Shown: positions 12,301 to 24,100 of the stretch, piece by piece
Position numbering within the stretch: position 1 is the first letter of the stretch
Layout: every line of letters begins with the position of its first letter
Assembly (NCBI GenBank): GCA_001642005.1
Contig: LWCA01000330.1
Location: 1 to 32,092, forward strand
Origin: Intoshia linei
Taxonomy: Eukaryota > Animalia > Orthonectida
Reading direction: 5' to 3'
DNA: 32,092 nucleotides
Notes under the pieces: model-generated
Told to the model about the DNA's origin: nothing
Database searches by the model: none
What the model saw: only the letters and a program-made list of their open reading frames with translations
Position numbers and translations under genes: made by a program

Positions 12301-15300
12301 GGGAACGTTTATGATAGTATTTTGATTTATAGAGCACCCGTATTCAAATCCATATCAGTTTAGATAGAATGGTGTAATACAGTGCTGTGCACTCAAATTC
12401 GAACTATTGTACAGCTATATACAAACTAGTTTTCATGTATATTGAGCACAATGGTTATTATCCGAGTGCACAATATCGTATAATTCATGTTATAAATCAA
12501 AACACCCTGAATGCAAAGTTCAGGCTGAAATAGAAAAATATTTTTTTATATGACTCGTCAAATTTTTTGTTATGCCAAATTTGCTCGAAGACATAAACAT
12601 TTTGAACAGTCAAGTCATAAATTTGCTCACATTCTTCTTGGTATATTGTAATTATTCTAAAATTTTAATATTAGAAAATGAATAGAATACCTGAAAGTTT
12701 TGATAGTAAAATATATTTTGAAACGTATAGATTTGAATCTTTCTTTCCTGACGAAGTTTCTCCCAGATTGATTATTTTTCAGCAATCAGAGGACGAAGAA
12801 ATTTTTAAAAGAAAACGAGTCGATACAAGTAATTTTTTTACACATTAATCCTTATTTATATCAAGGTAACTATATTTATTAGAGCAGTATTTCGCAATCT
12901 TTATCAGTGTAGCTCTGCTTATAAGAAATTATACATTATAATGGTCCTTCCTTATTGTTGTGATAAACACTATTATTTATAATTTAATGACTGTCTTGTG
13001 ATTGGTGATTTTTGGAAATTTTCTTCAATATTTGATAATCGAAGATTAAATCTCCTTCGGAATATGTTAAATCGGTTTCGTTGTTTTGTTTTTAATTGAT
13101 TTACAACATTGAGTCCTTTTTCAGCAAAATATGAAGATAGAAACGCCAAAAATAAAAGTTATATTTCATTATAAAGAAATGGATAAATATTTTATTGCTT
13201 TGACTAAAAATTATTAGAGGTTACATTTTTAAATAGAATTTGAGCTTCACAATCATTTTTCAAAAATCAAATTTGAAACTGTGGCTGCATCAGTGACAAA
13301 TGTATTTACAACCCAATTCAGTACATACAATTCTATAATGTCCTTAAATCTAATTGTCATATCTTCATTATATCCAATTTGCATAATAATGTTTTTAAGA
13401 AGTTATATCCTGTTTTACATGATAGAAAAAATATTTTGACATCATATTATGACTAATTATTTATTATTTAAATGCATTATTTTAAATTAGATTCAATGAA
13501 TTCAATCATCCAGGAAGCTATACAGCAAAAGTCATTAATAATTAGTGATGAAAATGAAAAATTATTAAAAGAAGCCGACGATGTGGATTCAGATACCGAA
13601 AAAGGGGTTCATATAAACGATAATGCATCATATACATCATCCACATCAAATGTATCTGAGCAACAAAAAAAGGAGACCAAGGAAAGTGTTTATACATTTG
13701 AAAGATCTAGCGTCGTTTTAACACGTATCTTGGGAACAAAAGAACGGGTATCAGCAATTTTTCGTGTATCCAGGATAAACAGATTACAGAAATCTGATGC
13801 TTTATTAGTGTTTGGTATAGGTCGACTATACATTATTGACGGCTACACGGACTTTGGAGATGGAAGTATAGTAGATATAAACAGTATAGATCCAAAAAGT
13901 CAAGAACCAATAGTTCCATTAGCTCCATCAACTGAAAATACAAGCCAAATACGAGAAAACATCATTGTTAAATATAAGGACATATTAGACTGTAAGAAAC
14001 GTCGTTATATTTTGCAAAGAATAGGTCTCGAAATTTTTATATCGAATGGAAAAGTTATATTTTTAGTGTGTTGCAGAAAAGAGCGGAATTTAGTGTATAA
14101 TAAAATTTGTCTTAAAATAAAGAATCGAAAAAATCATTATTTACGAGGGATTATAAAAAATGAAGCAAATTTGACTGATGTAACCACTCAATGGGAAAAC
14201 GGAGAAATTAGTAATTTTGATTATCTAATGTATATTAATATTGAATCTGGTAGAACTTATAACGATTTAATGCAATATCCAATCTTTCCCTGGATTTTAT
14301 CAGATTATAAGTCAGATACGTTAAATTTAAATGATCCTAAAAGTTTTAGAGATTTAAGTAAACCTATGGGTGCTCAAGATGAAATCAGACTGAAAAAATT
14401 TAAGGAATCTAGAGAAGTGTTAAAGGAACATTACCCTGAAAAATCTGCATATTTGTATGGAACGCATTATCTATCCGCTGCTGTAGTCTGTAATTTTCTA
14501 ATAAGAATGGAACCTTTTTCTATCTGTTCCATAACTATTCAAGGAAATGAATTTGATACATCCGATCGTCTCTTTAAAAACATTTCTGAGGCATATAGTC
14601 TTGCTTCAAAATTAATTACACATGATGTTCGTGAATTGATACCAGAATTTTTTTATTTGCCCGACTATTTGATTAATATGAATAAATTCATGTTTGGTCA
14701 AACTCAAAACGGCAATTTGGTGGATAATGTTGTATTACCAAAATGGGCAAAAGAAGACCCACGAGAGTTTATTCGTATGCACCGTGAAGCTTTAGAATGT
14801 GATTATGTTAGTGCCAATATTCATCGTTGGATAGATTTAATTTTTGGATATTGTCAACGTGGTAAAATGGCTGAAGAAAAAGACAACGTGTTTCATTCCT
14901 TGTTTTACGAAGGCACTGTAGATATTTTTTCACCTGAATATAAAAGTGACAATCTTATGTTACATTCCATAATAGACTTTATCAACAATTTTGGGCAAAT
15001 ACCGTCTCAACTCTTTGTAAAACCTCATGTTTGTAAAAAGCTAAACATGCAACGCATTTTAGTTTCAACGCGTATGACAAATTCTCTCTTTTCTGTTGAT
15101 TCTGATATGCCTATTAAACGAATTCCTATTTTTTACAATTATATTCATGCACTCCATCCATCCAACGATTTTATTAAAAAAATTAAATCTCCAGTAGGTT
15201 CAATTGTGACAGTTAAATCACAAAAAACTATTTATATTTCTGTTATTGGAAAAAATTCTTTATTGTTACCTCCAGATTATAAATATTACATTATGTGGAA

Positions 15301-18300
15301 TCAAGTCGATCATTCACTGAAATTTTTAGTTTTGGAAACTGATAAGGTCGTATTTTGTGCTGAACACTACAATTTAATTAATGTCACTATTGCTGCAGCC
15401 ACTAAAAAAAATACAATCATTTTGGGAACTAAAAGTGGTTTGTTGCATATTGCAGTAATTTTAAATATTGCAACGCCTAAAATGTCTATTTGGTTTATAA
15501 AAAAATTAACTTTACATACTTCTAAAATTACTTGTATATCTATTTCTTCGGATCAAAATGTTTTTCTCACATGTGATAATGATGGCAAATCAATTATTTG
15601 GAATTTAAGCAAATATACATATGTTAAAAAAATACAGGTTTGTAATCAACCCATTTCTTGTTGTTATATTAATCATACTAATGGGTACATTATTACTGCT
15701 ACAAAAACAAAAATTTATGTCTGGGATATCAATGGATGTTTTATTGTTGATACAACTCTAGATTCACCTCATACCTATATTAATTGCATCAAAATGTCAC
15801 AAGTAATTTTTTTAATCATTAGATTACTTTACCCAGGTTTTTAACAAATATTTTAGCTGATTAATGATTTAATTTTAAAATTTATTGAAAATTATTAGAT
15901 GATTTATTTAATCAATATTGAGATTTAAATTTTTTTGATGACTTGGAATAAACTATCAATAATATCTATAATTTTTTTTTGTAATTCTATGATCATTATG
16001 TATTAATGTTTTTGATTTTAATGAAATTATGTCCAAAAATACGCATGAATAGTAATTCATTTTTGACCTTGAAGGCATTATTATATTAAATTATCACTAC
16101 GAGGTTAAATTTTTTTTGTATGTTTACTGTAAATGGTAAACTACAAAAACGACACACATTAGTTAATTATAATTACGTACTTATGTATTGTACGAAGTAC
16201 TTCCACGGTATAATTATGTACTATGAACAGGAATTGGATTAATTTACATGGATCTCATTCTGTACTTACATTTTATATATCTTGTTATTTTTCAAATGTC
16301 ACATAAGATATTTTGGTGTCTAAGGGTTAATAATTAACGGTTAAGGTGTCAATTTTTATGTTTGATATTTCTGGCTTTCAGTTTTATAAGTTAATGGTTA
16401 GACGCATGCACAAATTATTAACCAGTTTTACTTTATATATATATTTATATGACTTACAAATATAATAATATACTACAATTAATTTATAGAAATTTTAATT
16501 TAACTGATTTTAGATGTATAACTGGAACAATAAAAATGTTATTATGGCAGGTTGTTCTGACGGAATTGTTAGAGTACTATTTTTAATGGATATATAATAT
16601 TGTAAAAACTAATAACATGACATATAAGTATAATACATCGTATTATTTTATAATGATAAAGTGCATTTAAACATAATTATTAATTTAAATGAAATTCTTT
16701 TATTACACTTTCCATTTCATTCAATCATAACTATTGAGATAGTCTTTTTCAAGATAATATTTTTTGTTTTTTATTTACTTATTAAATACTACAGCGTGTC
16801 CTATTTAAAAGTGTACACTTTAATGTATTTTTTATATTATGTAATGTACAAACTAAATAAAATTCTGTACTTTGTCGAAGAAATTAAAAATAGAAAAGAT
16901 AGAAAAATAATTGAACAAAAATGTTTATTGATGAATGAAATGATGCTTAAAAATTCTAGAAATCATATTAAAATATATTAAAAGTGGTGCTTTTGATAAA
17001 CTAGGATGGCAGCGTCATTCTTCTTTTATATTAACAGGCAATAATTTGGCTACTTATGGAACGGTCACATTTTTTTCTTATGGCAAGGCCTACAATGTGT
17101 TCACATAAATAACTGTGCTTTTTGTGTAAGTGCATTTTGAATTTTTTTCTACTTCATTAAAATATACCACACTAATAGATGATAAAATGCTTCATCTTAT
17201 CAAAAGATTCCCATTGATTCACCTGAAAAAATCTTATGGCATTATTTGTAACCGGTAAATATTCAGATATGGCCTTATTTTTTTATAGAAATATAGATTA
17301 ATTCAATTAATTGGGTTTTTCGCTAATAACTTCTAAAATTGATATGATCGAATCATAAGATGTATATCATCGTGATGTGATTTAAATTATAATTCTTTTA
17401 ATGTAGAAATATTATTGACGCATTTTTTTGTGTAATCTACAAGTCTATTTTTTTGTAGTGTTATTCAGTAAAAATTAACTTTATTTTTATAAAATGATGT
17501 TCGCGTTCATATAACATTGATTTCATATACTATCTTTTCTCGATTATAAGAAGTTTTCTTATATTCGAGAGTAGAAGGAAAAATTCTTATAATCAAAAAC
17601 AAGCAGACTTTTAAGCAGACCTTGAAAAATATAAAAAATACACTAAAAATTTTTTTCTAATTAGTATAAACTTATAAATTAGACATTCTATTGTATGAAG
17701 GAAGTTATTTTTTAGAAATAAATTGATATGTTGTCTATTTTTTGTTCAAAGTTCTTTTTTTCGAATACAAGCAGAAACTGCTTATATTAAAATTTTATCT
17801 AGTTAAAAATTTCACTGAAAATTTGTATTTCAGGGGTCTGCTTATAATCGAGAAAAGACAGTAGAACAAAATGTTTTGTATCGAAGTTAGGTAATTATTT
17901 TTTTTTATTGTCACTATGTTCACATTGAACTAAGTTATCACAAAGCAGTATTAGGTTATATTTGAGAAATTGATAAAGAGATACATAAAATGTAAATAGA
18001 TATATACATAAAATTGTACTATATTAATTTTTTATGAATGAATAAAATATTAACTCTGAACTACACAATGTATTTGATTTAAATTTTGTACATGGTTTAA
18101 CAGTATTAGTCGGAGTGAACTGAAAAATTTTTTTGAAGATTGCTATTCTTGTATTATATCCTTTGATTTTGCAATGCATGGAAATGGAATCTTGTCATCA
18201 TTATCGAATTCTTCCATTAGCCAATATATATTATTTATTTGTTTTATTTTTGTCATTTGTTTCGATAAATTTGTAGTATGTTTATGACAACCTAGATTGT

Positions 18301-21062
18301 ATAACTGCCAAATTTTCGATTCGTTTATTGAGAAATAATATAAAAAAAATAGAGATTAACCAGAATCTTTTGTCCAAGGATACACTTGATTCATATCAAT
18401 GTTATAATTTTTATCCAATATTTCATCGTCCAATTATAGTCAGTAATTTTGTCGAAATCAGGGAATTTGAGTGCTTGATGAAATTACTGGGGGTCACTTA
18501 TAAAAATTAAATTACACTGAAATGTTAATAAGTATTTTAGATGTGGAGTATCCGACACAGAAAACGACTATCTTTACCTTCGAAAATTGTTTCTCGTGGG
18601 TAATAATTATATTAATAATTAATGATGGATTCTTTCTAATAAAAATCTTTACAATTAAAATATATACTTGGTTCCAAAGACGACTGTTAACATATTTACG
18701 TATACTAGAAATTACATATCAAATTATATTATTTGTCATTCATATGAAGATTAAAAATTAAGAATTATGCATCGATAAAAATTAATTTTTTATCTAGAAA
18801 TTCCGTCAATTCCGAAGAAACACAATTTTGTCAAGCATTCCCATCCAATACCGACATTTTAATTTCTTATGAAGACTATGAAGAAAAATCCAGTGGTAAT
18901 TATTCTATAATACTCAAACATTGTTTTTGGAATTAGCTTCTCTTTTATGAACTATGTGCAGTCCAGTATTAATTCTGTTCATTTGTTTTTTTGTATGAAT
19001 TAATGATTATTGAGCAATGTTGAACGTTGATTGAAATTCCAAAACTGAATGGAAAATTGATGACATGATAATAATGATGATTTAATTAACTTAATGTTAA
19101 TAAAAGAAGGCCTTCAGAATTTGGTAGCAAATAATAAATAAAATAAAATTGTAACTTCCAAAAATGATATTAGAATAAAGTGAAATGCAATGATTTTTTG
19201 TCTAAACCAGTGTTACCATAGAATTAAACAACAAATATAGCAACTCAGTTTATTATATAATAACTAGGTTGACTGTTATGTACTACGTACAAACAGACCT
19301 AGCTCTGACGATGGCACATTTTTATTATACCAAAAAAATAAATTCACGTTGAAAATCTAACTAAAATCCACTATTCACTATTATCTATCCTTTAAAGGAG
19401 TAGTTATCAAATTTGTTTTAGGTGGAACCATCATATCACATTACTTTTTACTTTAAAGTGAATTATTCCACTTAATTTTGTGTTTAACATTTGCTTAAAG
19501 AATTTTAAAAACAATTGTTATCCCATTTTTTTAATTTATTAAACAGAATGTGTGTATAATATTAAAAATAAAGTAAAAACAGTCCAATCCTAAAAATCCC
19601 AAATTTATATTACATCTTTGGTCTAAACTGTACACATTTAATGCACTTTCAATCTCTACGTTATTGTATAAACTTTTATATTAATTTAATTTTAGTTGTC
19701 ACTTGGGAATGTTATTTAAAGTTGCGTGGAACATTAACAAAATTTACTTCCTATAAAAGACCAGATAACCACCAACCCGCATCTATCACCACAATATCTA
19801 TAACCTTGTAATTTATATTTATAAATATTTGTATTTAGTTTTAAAAACGTTTATCTTTCACAAACTTTTATATTATTTTAGAGACCATAAAATGATATTA
19901 ATTGGCGATTCACTTGGTCGCGTATTCTGTTGGGAAGTTCCATCATCTTCACCTTCCACTACTACGGATGTTTGGGTAGATGATGATTTTTGTGATAGTT
20001 GTAGCGATTGTTTAATCAAATTTACAGGTTTTATATTATATTAATTATAAAATTATAAATTCCAATCTTACTAAGATAGTGTGACCATAAAAATTAGTAC
20101 TTCACTTTTAGTTTAAATTTAAACTGAAATTTTGACAAAATTACATATCTATGATTGCAAAAAAATATTTTTGGCTTAAAATTGTCTCTAAATATACTAA
20201 AATGTATAGTATTACTTTTTCCTGGGCCAATTGTAAATCTGATTACGATATAAAGAGGGTTTATCAGAATTTAATATGAAAATACACTTTAAGAGTGAAA
20301 TTATATGTACAAATGAACAGTTGTTAACTATACAAGTTTAATATAAACAGGTGTATTACAACAACTAAGACTGAAGAACAAATCAATCTAAATACGTTCT
20401 CAAAAAAATTCAGATTCAGTAAATCTCTTATCTGCCATAAAAAAATATTATGAAGCGAGCATTAGTTACTTGAATTAATTTTTTTATCATATAGATCAGG
20501 GATGACAACAAAATCAAATGTGGAATGTTTATTTTGAGATATTTTTCTAAAATTATTTACTGGTGTTTTCTAATAAAAAAATTGTTAATCAACACCTTCC
20601 ATTGAAACCAAAACTAAATTATGATGGAACATGAGTAACAGTTTTTGAAATGAATTACCAATATTCATTGACCATACCTTTATATTTCAATTCCACGGTA
20701 GTCAACCTTTTTTATTTTAAATTTATTTTTAACATGAAAACACCTTTTGTCATTAGTAATGACTCATTACTGATTTAGATGGAGACTACTTTTATTTATT
20801 AGATGGAAATGTATTTTTTAATTATATATATCTATTTTAGCTAAAACAAGGAGACACCATTGCCGTTCTTGCGGCAACCTTTATTGTTCCAAGTAATTTT
20901 AATAATACATCCCCTACTTTTTTTATATGTATATTATTACGAATAATAATTTATAATTTTATTATATATTATAGTTGTTCATCACATGTTGCAATAATTA
21001 AAAAATTAAATTCTGATGAATTGATGCGAGTCTGTTTAAATTGTTTCAAAAAATTTAATTAA
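3329..21062 (+). CDS. WDFY3: WD repeat and FYVE domain-containing protein 3 (ALFY/Blue cheese) orthologue, 5'-partial, 17 exons
   Basis: Phase-consistent GT-AG exon chain: 3329-3384, 3424-5699, 6837-8496, 9858-10473, 10521-11368, 11407-11484, 11934-12066, 12115-12203, 12675-12828, 13491-15802, 16514-16573, 18541-18599, 18798-18895, 19696-19807, 19882-20027, 20841-20892, 20975-21062 (TAA); 8837 nt in total. WDFY3-type motifs NYFILE and GGVGSEERVFPPIRGLSFSSWF; BEACH motifs; C-terminal WD40 and FYVE. Confidence 0.93.
3424..5699 (+). CDS. WDFY3: WDFY3 large exon: N-terminal ARM-like region and start of ConA-like domain
   Basis: ORF 3442-5724; acceptor AG at 3422-3423, donor GT at 5700; NYFILEGHTF...HIPVFEI, ERVFPPIRGLSFSSWF, WNHLVIVF. 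Confidence 0.9.
6148..6294 (+). repeat. Dispersed repeat family A, copy 1
   Basis: Matches the reverse complement of 9305-9454 (atgattttaaaatc..., aactcgtttgatttt, cgtaagatgtga..ttgggaggttg.aatttatttt). Confidence 0.85.
6312..6600 (+). mobile_element. Mariner transposase N-terminal (HTH) remnant
   Basis: CQLWSKRFQDENYTL..SGRPSSVD...KLVPHLLT resembles mariner W..RF..G...SGRP and WVPHEL. Confidence 0.75.
6837..8496 (+). CDS. WDFY3: WDFY3 exon: end of ConA-like domain and ARM-like region
   Basis: ORF 6847-8508; LYLNG..KLRYI, WKQGPVYLFEE, SKIIFGLN, NGFQILAYIVKRK; phases match both flanking exons. Confidence 0.9.
8873..8960 (-). repeat. Dispersed repeat family B, copy 1
   Basis: Reverse complement cctacaaaccaaagttaa.act...atggtgtttaca.caga matches 22324-22406. 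Confidence 0.6.
9305..9454 (-). repeat. Dispersed repeat family A, copy 2 (inverted)
   Basis: Reverse complement aligns with 6148-6294. Confidence 0.85.
12378..12480. mobile_element. About 100-bp palindromic Tc1/mariner-type MITE
   Basis: tacagtgctgtgcactc...aactattgt vs acaatggtt...gagtgcacaatatcgta; TA at both ends. Confidence 0.6.
12985..13400 (-). mobile_element. hAT (Buster/Charlie) transposase C-terminal remnant
   Basis: DMTIRFKDIIELYVLNWVVNTF...YPFLY..LLFLAFLSSYFAEKGLNVVNQLKTKQRNRFNI..LRLSNIEENF resembles the Buster-type dimerisation region; stops and frameshifts. Confidence 0.8.
13491..15802 (+). CDS. WDFY3: WDFY3 exon: PH-BEACH domains and WD40 repeats
   Basis: KRRYILQRIGLEIF (PH); WENGEISNFDYLMYIN, GRTYNDLMQYPIFPW, FRDLSKPMG, YGTHY, DVRELIPEFFY, WIDLIFGY, NFGQIPSQLF (BEACH); HTSKITCI..IWN and VWDING (WD40). 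Confidence 0.97.
16983..17260 (-). mobile_element. MULE transposase C-terminal SWIM-finger remnant
   Basis: QWESFDK..SKCT....YLCEHIVGLAIRKK..VP.VAKLLPVNIK...HPS resembles the CxCx(n)CxH SWIM tail of animal MULE transposases; degraded. Confidence 0.65.
17530..17861. mobile_element. Tc1/pogo-type MITE
   Basis: TIRs ctatcttttctcgattataag / cttataatcgagaaaagacag flanked by TA; internal copies of aagcag-type motifs. Confidence 0.8.
19328..19597 (+). repeat. Dispersed repeat family C, copy 1
   Basis: About 270-bp match to the reverse complement of 25088-25361. Confidence 0.9.
19882..21062 (+). CDS. WDFY3: WDFY3 last three exons: final WD40 strand and FYVE zinc finger
   Basis: Spliced translation ILIGDSLGRVFCW...WVDDDFCDSCSDC..RRHHCRSCGNLYCSNCS...RVCLNC; WxxD, RRHHCR and RVC signatures intact. 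Confidence 0.93.
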
Positions 21063-21112
21063 TTTATAAAAATATTATTGTATTTATACCATAAATATTG
21101 GTTTCGTTGTGT

Positions 21113-21118
21113 AATAAA
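21113..21118 (+). terminator. Candidate polyadenylation signal of WDFY3
   Basis: AATAAA 50 nt after the stop codon; weak evidence in AT-rich DNA. Confidence 0.4.
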
Positions 21119-21131
21119 ATTTTAAAAAAAT

Positions 21132-24100
21132 TTATTTATAAATATTATCTATTAAATCTAATCCTATTTTATTTAAATCAAAATTTAATAAATCTGATTC
21201 AGCGAATTTTTCAGCGCTTGGCATGTATGTATCATCCATCTCCATCTAAAGTTTAATATATTAAATTTTTTAGAAATTAAAACATAATTCATTGTTTGGG
21301 CTTGATGTTGGCATAATTCTTTGATACTTATTTCATTTATATTATTTGTAAATATAACTTGGTCCATGGATTTGCGAATTGCTCTTAATTGGTAGTCTAC
21401 ATTTTAGTTATGTTTAACATTCAAAATGTTAATTGTGTAAAACGTACCAAAATAGTATAATCTCTCTCCAGTTACTCTGTTATAACACTATATAATACTG
21501 TTATTTATATTTTATATGCATTTTCACGTATAATAAAATTTTTAATCCCTGATATATAATGTATACTATATACTGTAGAAAAAAATTTTCTTTTTTATTT
21601 TTAAAGTAAGTATTTTTAAGCTAAATTTGAAATTTCTTTTTTTTAATTGCATTATTTATTATTAAAAAAAAAAATTAAGTGAGATCCATTTATTATTAAC
21701 AATTCTACAAAAAGCTTTGATTATACATAGATACTCGTTAAAATTATTAAAATTAAAATTACTTGTTTAATTTCACTATCTATTGGTTTTTCGAGTTTAA
21801 TGGTTTCACAATAGTCTTCACTAGATTTTTTCAAAGTTTTATCTAATGCAAAAATTATTTTTTGATTAATTATTGTCGTATACCAAGATGATTGATATCA
21901 TGTTTCTATTGTGACAACAATAAAACTAAAACATTTATTTGATCACATATACATAATATTTGTTATTATCACTCAATGGATAGCAAATTTTATTTTAAAT
22001 CTTTCCAAGATAAAACTAATTTAATCAATTTTATTACTGACGGAAACTGAGTGTAGCAGTAAACAAGTTAAACAACGTTTAAAATAATTTTTATTTTATA
22101 TGTTTAAATTTATCGTCTCGTTTAATTTTCTTTGTTAAATTTTTGCTCCTTCATTATCACGGAATTCTTCTTTAAATCATGATAAACATTTTTTTTAACT
22201 GATCAATGGTAATAGAAAATTTGGTTCCTGGTTAAAGTGGTATCAACCAATGTTGTGTACATATTTATTTAAATTGATTCAATATCAATGTGATACTTAT
22301 TAGGTATTAGTAGTACCGCACTACCTACAAACCAAAGTTAAGACTGAAAAACTGCTGAACTAATTAATATTACAAAATAAAAATATTTAATGGTGTTTAC
22401 ACCAGACAATGTTTTTCAGACAGTTACACCTGATTTAAATATATGTGGTCAAGAGTTTTGACTTATAAAATGATATTAGTGTTTGTAAATTTTATATTTA
22501 AATTAAATTAACCTGTTACTATTCAAGTTTGACATATAGGAAAGTATACTATGAAGTTCATGATTATTATATTTAATCAACTTTTCAATTAAAAAATTAG
22601 TTTAAAACCTCAACACAAAAATTGAAATATTGCTCTAAACCTTAATTTTCTTAATAAAAAAATTAATAATAATTAATAGTTTGCAATGGCGATTTAGTAC
22701 AGTGCCTACTTGACAAACTGTAATCTAGGTACTCGGTTCGATTCACTTACCTGTCAAAGTTTTCAAATAAATGAAAATACTGTGTATTGAAGGGCATGGA
22801 TAGACAAACAGATTCCGATCACAGAAATGGGTGAGAGGGAGATAAGGAGGGTAGTAGAACATTTTATTTTATTCAAAACAACGAATGTTCCAAATTGAAA
22901 TTTTTCATTTTCAAGTTGACATTCTCTGCCCAACATCTTGGTATGCGACAATTATTATCAATAAATTATATCTTGAAAAACATTTATAATTTATAAATGA
23001 TCGTGTTCAACTCGTCGACAACTGTATGTAGTCAAAATCAATGTAAAATATTAGATTAATATTAGAACTTATCCCCCGAAAATATTCAATCAGAGATAGG
23101 ATTAAAGAGGAATTCTTTCTTATTGATTTAATTATTCCTACTTCAAACATGTTCCTAATTACACACCCTTAAATGGAGTCATTCGTCTTTTAAGGCTTTA
23201 AAAGTTTAAGTTTCCAAATATTAAGATGGAACTACATGTACTTAAAATATGAAACTAAGTAATGAATAATTATTATTGATCTAAATAGTGAATAAATAAA
23301 CGACGAGTTGAAGTATCACTACAATTTAAATAATGTCATGTACCTAATGTACCGATAGATATACTCATTAAATCATCTCCTTTATATGGTTCATATGTTA
23401 ATTTTCCATCATCGTATTTTGCTTTGCTATGAATGTAAAACAAATATTTTCTATCAATTTCTTGGTCTATTTCAATTTCTTTAATTTCACTAATAGAAGA
23501 ATATTTAATATAAAATGTAGTACTGCGGTAATGAGCAATTTTTTTCACCAACTTTTTTCATCATATTAAATACAGTCATATTCAAAATTAAGTCAACATA
23601 ACAAATATTTTATTTTAAATTCATTTATAAGTTCATAACATCTAACTAAATTATTCCCAATATATATTGTTGTCGCAATATATTAAACTAAAAGCTTGTG
23701 GTTATAATGATGTGTAATAATTAAGGATTTGATTCGAAAGTTTGATGAAAATTTGAATTAAAAATTAATAAATAATAGAAAATATTTAAAAATCGATTCA
23801 AAAGTCTGTCAACACCATCATAAATTTGAAATAATTAATAATTAAATTTATAGATTTTATCTGATTTTTTTTAAAACAGAGAATTAAATCATGAATAACA
23901 TTTTAATATTAAAATTATACGAAGAAGGAAAAACATTGCGTGAAATTGACAAACAAGTGGGTCGGCCTATACAACTATTCCTAAAACCCTGAAACGGCTC
24001 CAGGAAAATATAAGTAATGAAATAAGTGGGAGAACTGGTCGAACAAGATTATCTGATATCCGCGACGACAGAAATTTTTGCTAGATTACACCAAATTCAA

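Noticed and set aside
16310-16350. aagggttaa piggyBac-like end
   Set aside because: No matching opposite terminus found.
16661-18761. Intronic ORFs 16661, 18328 and 18522 (also 9356, 29016, 29272, 30325)
   Set aside because: AT-bias ORFs or alternative frames over real exons; no motifs or splice support.
3329-21062. Alternative nuclear genetic code (TAA or TGA reassigned)
   Set aside because: About 2945 WDFY3 codons contain no in-frame TAA, TAG or TGA, Trp is TGG, and the gene ends in TAA.
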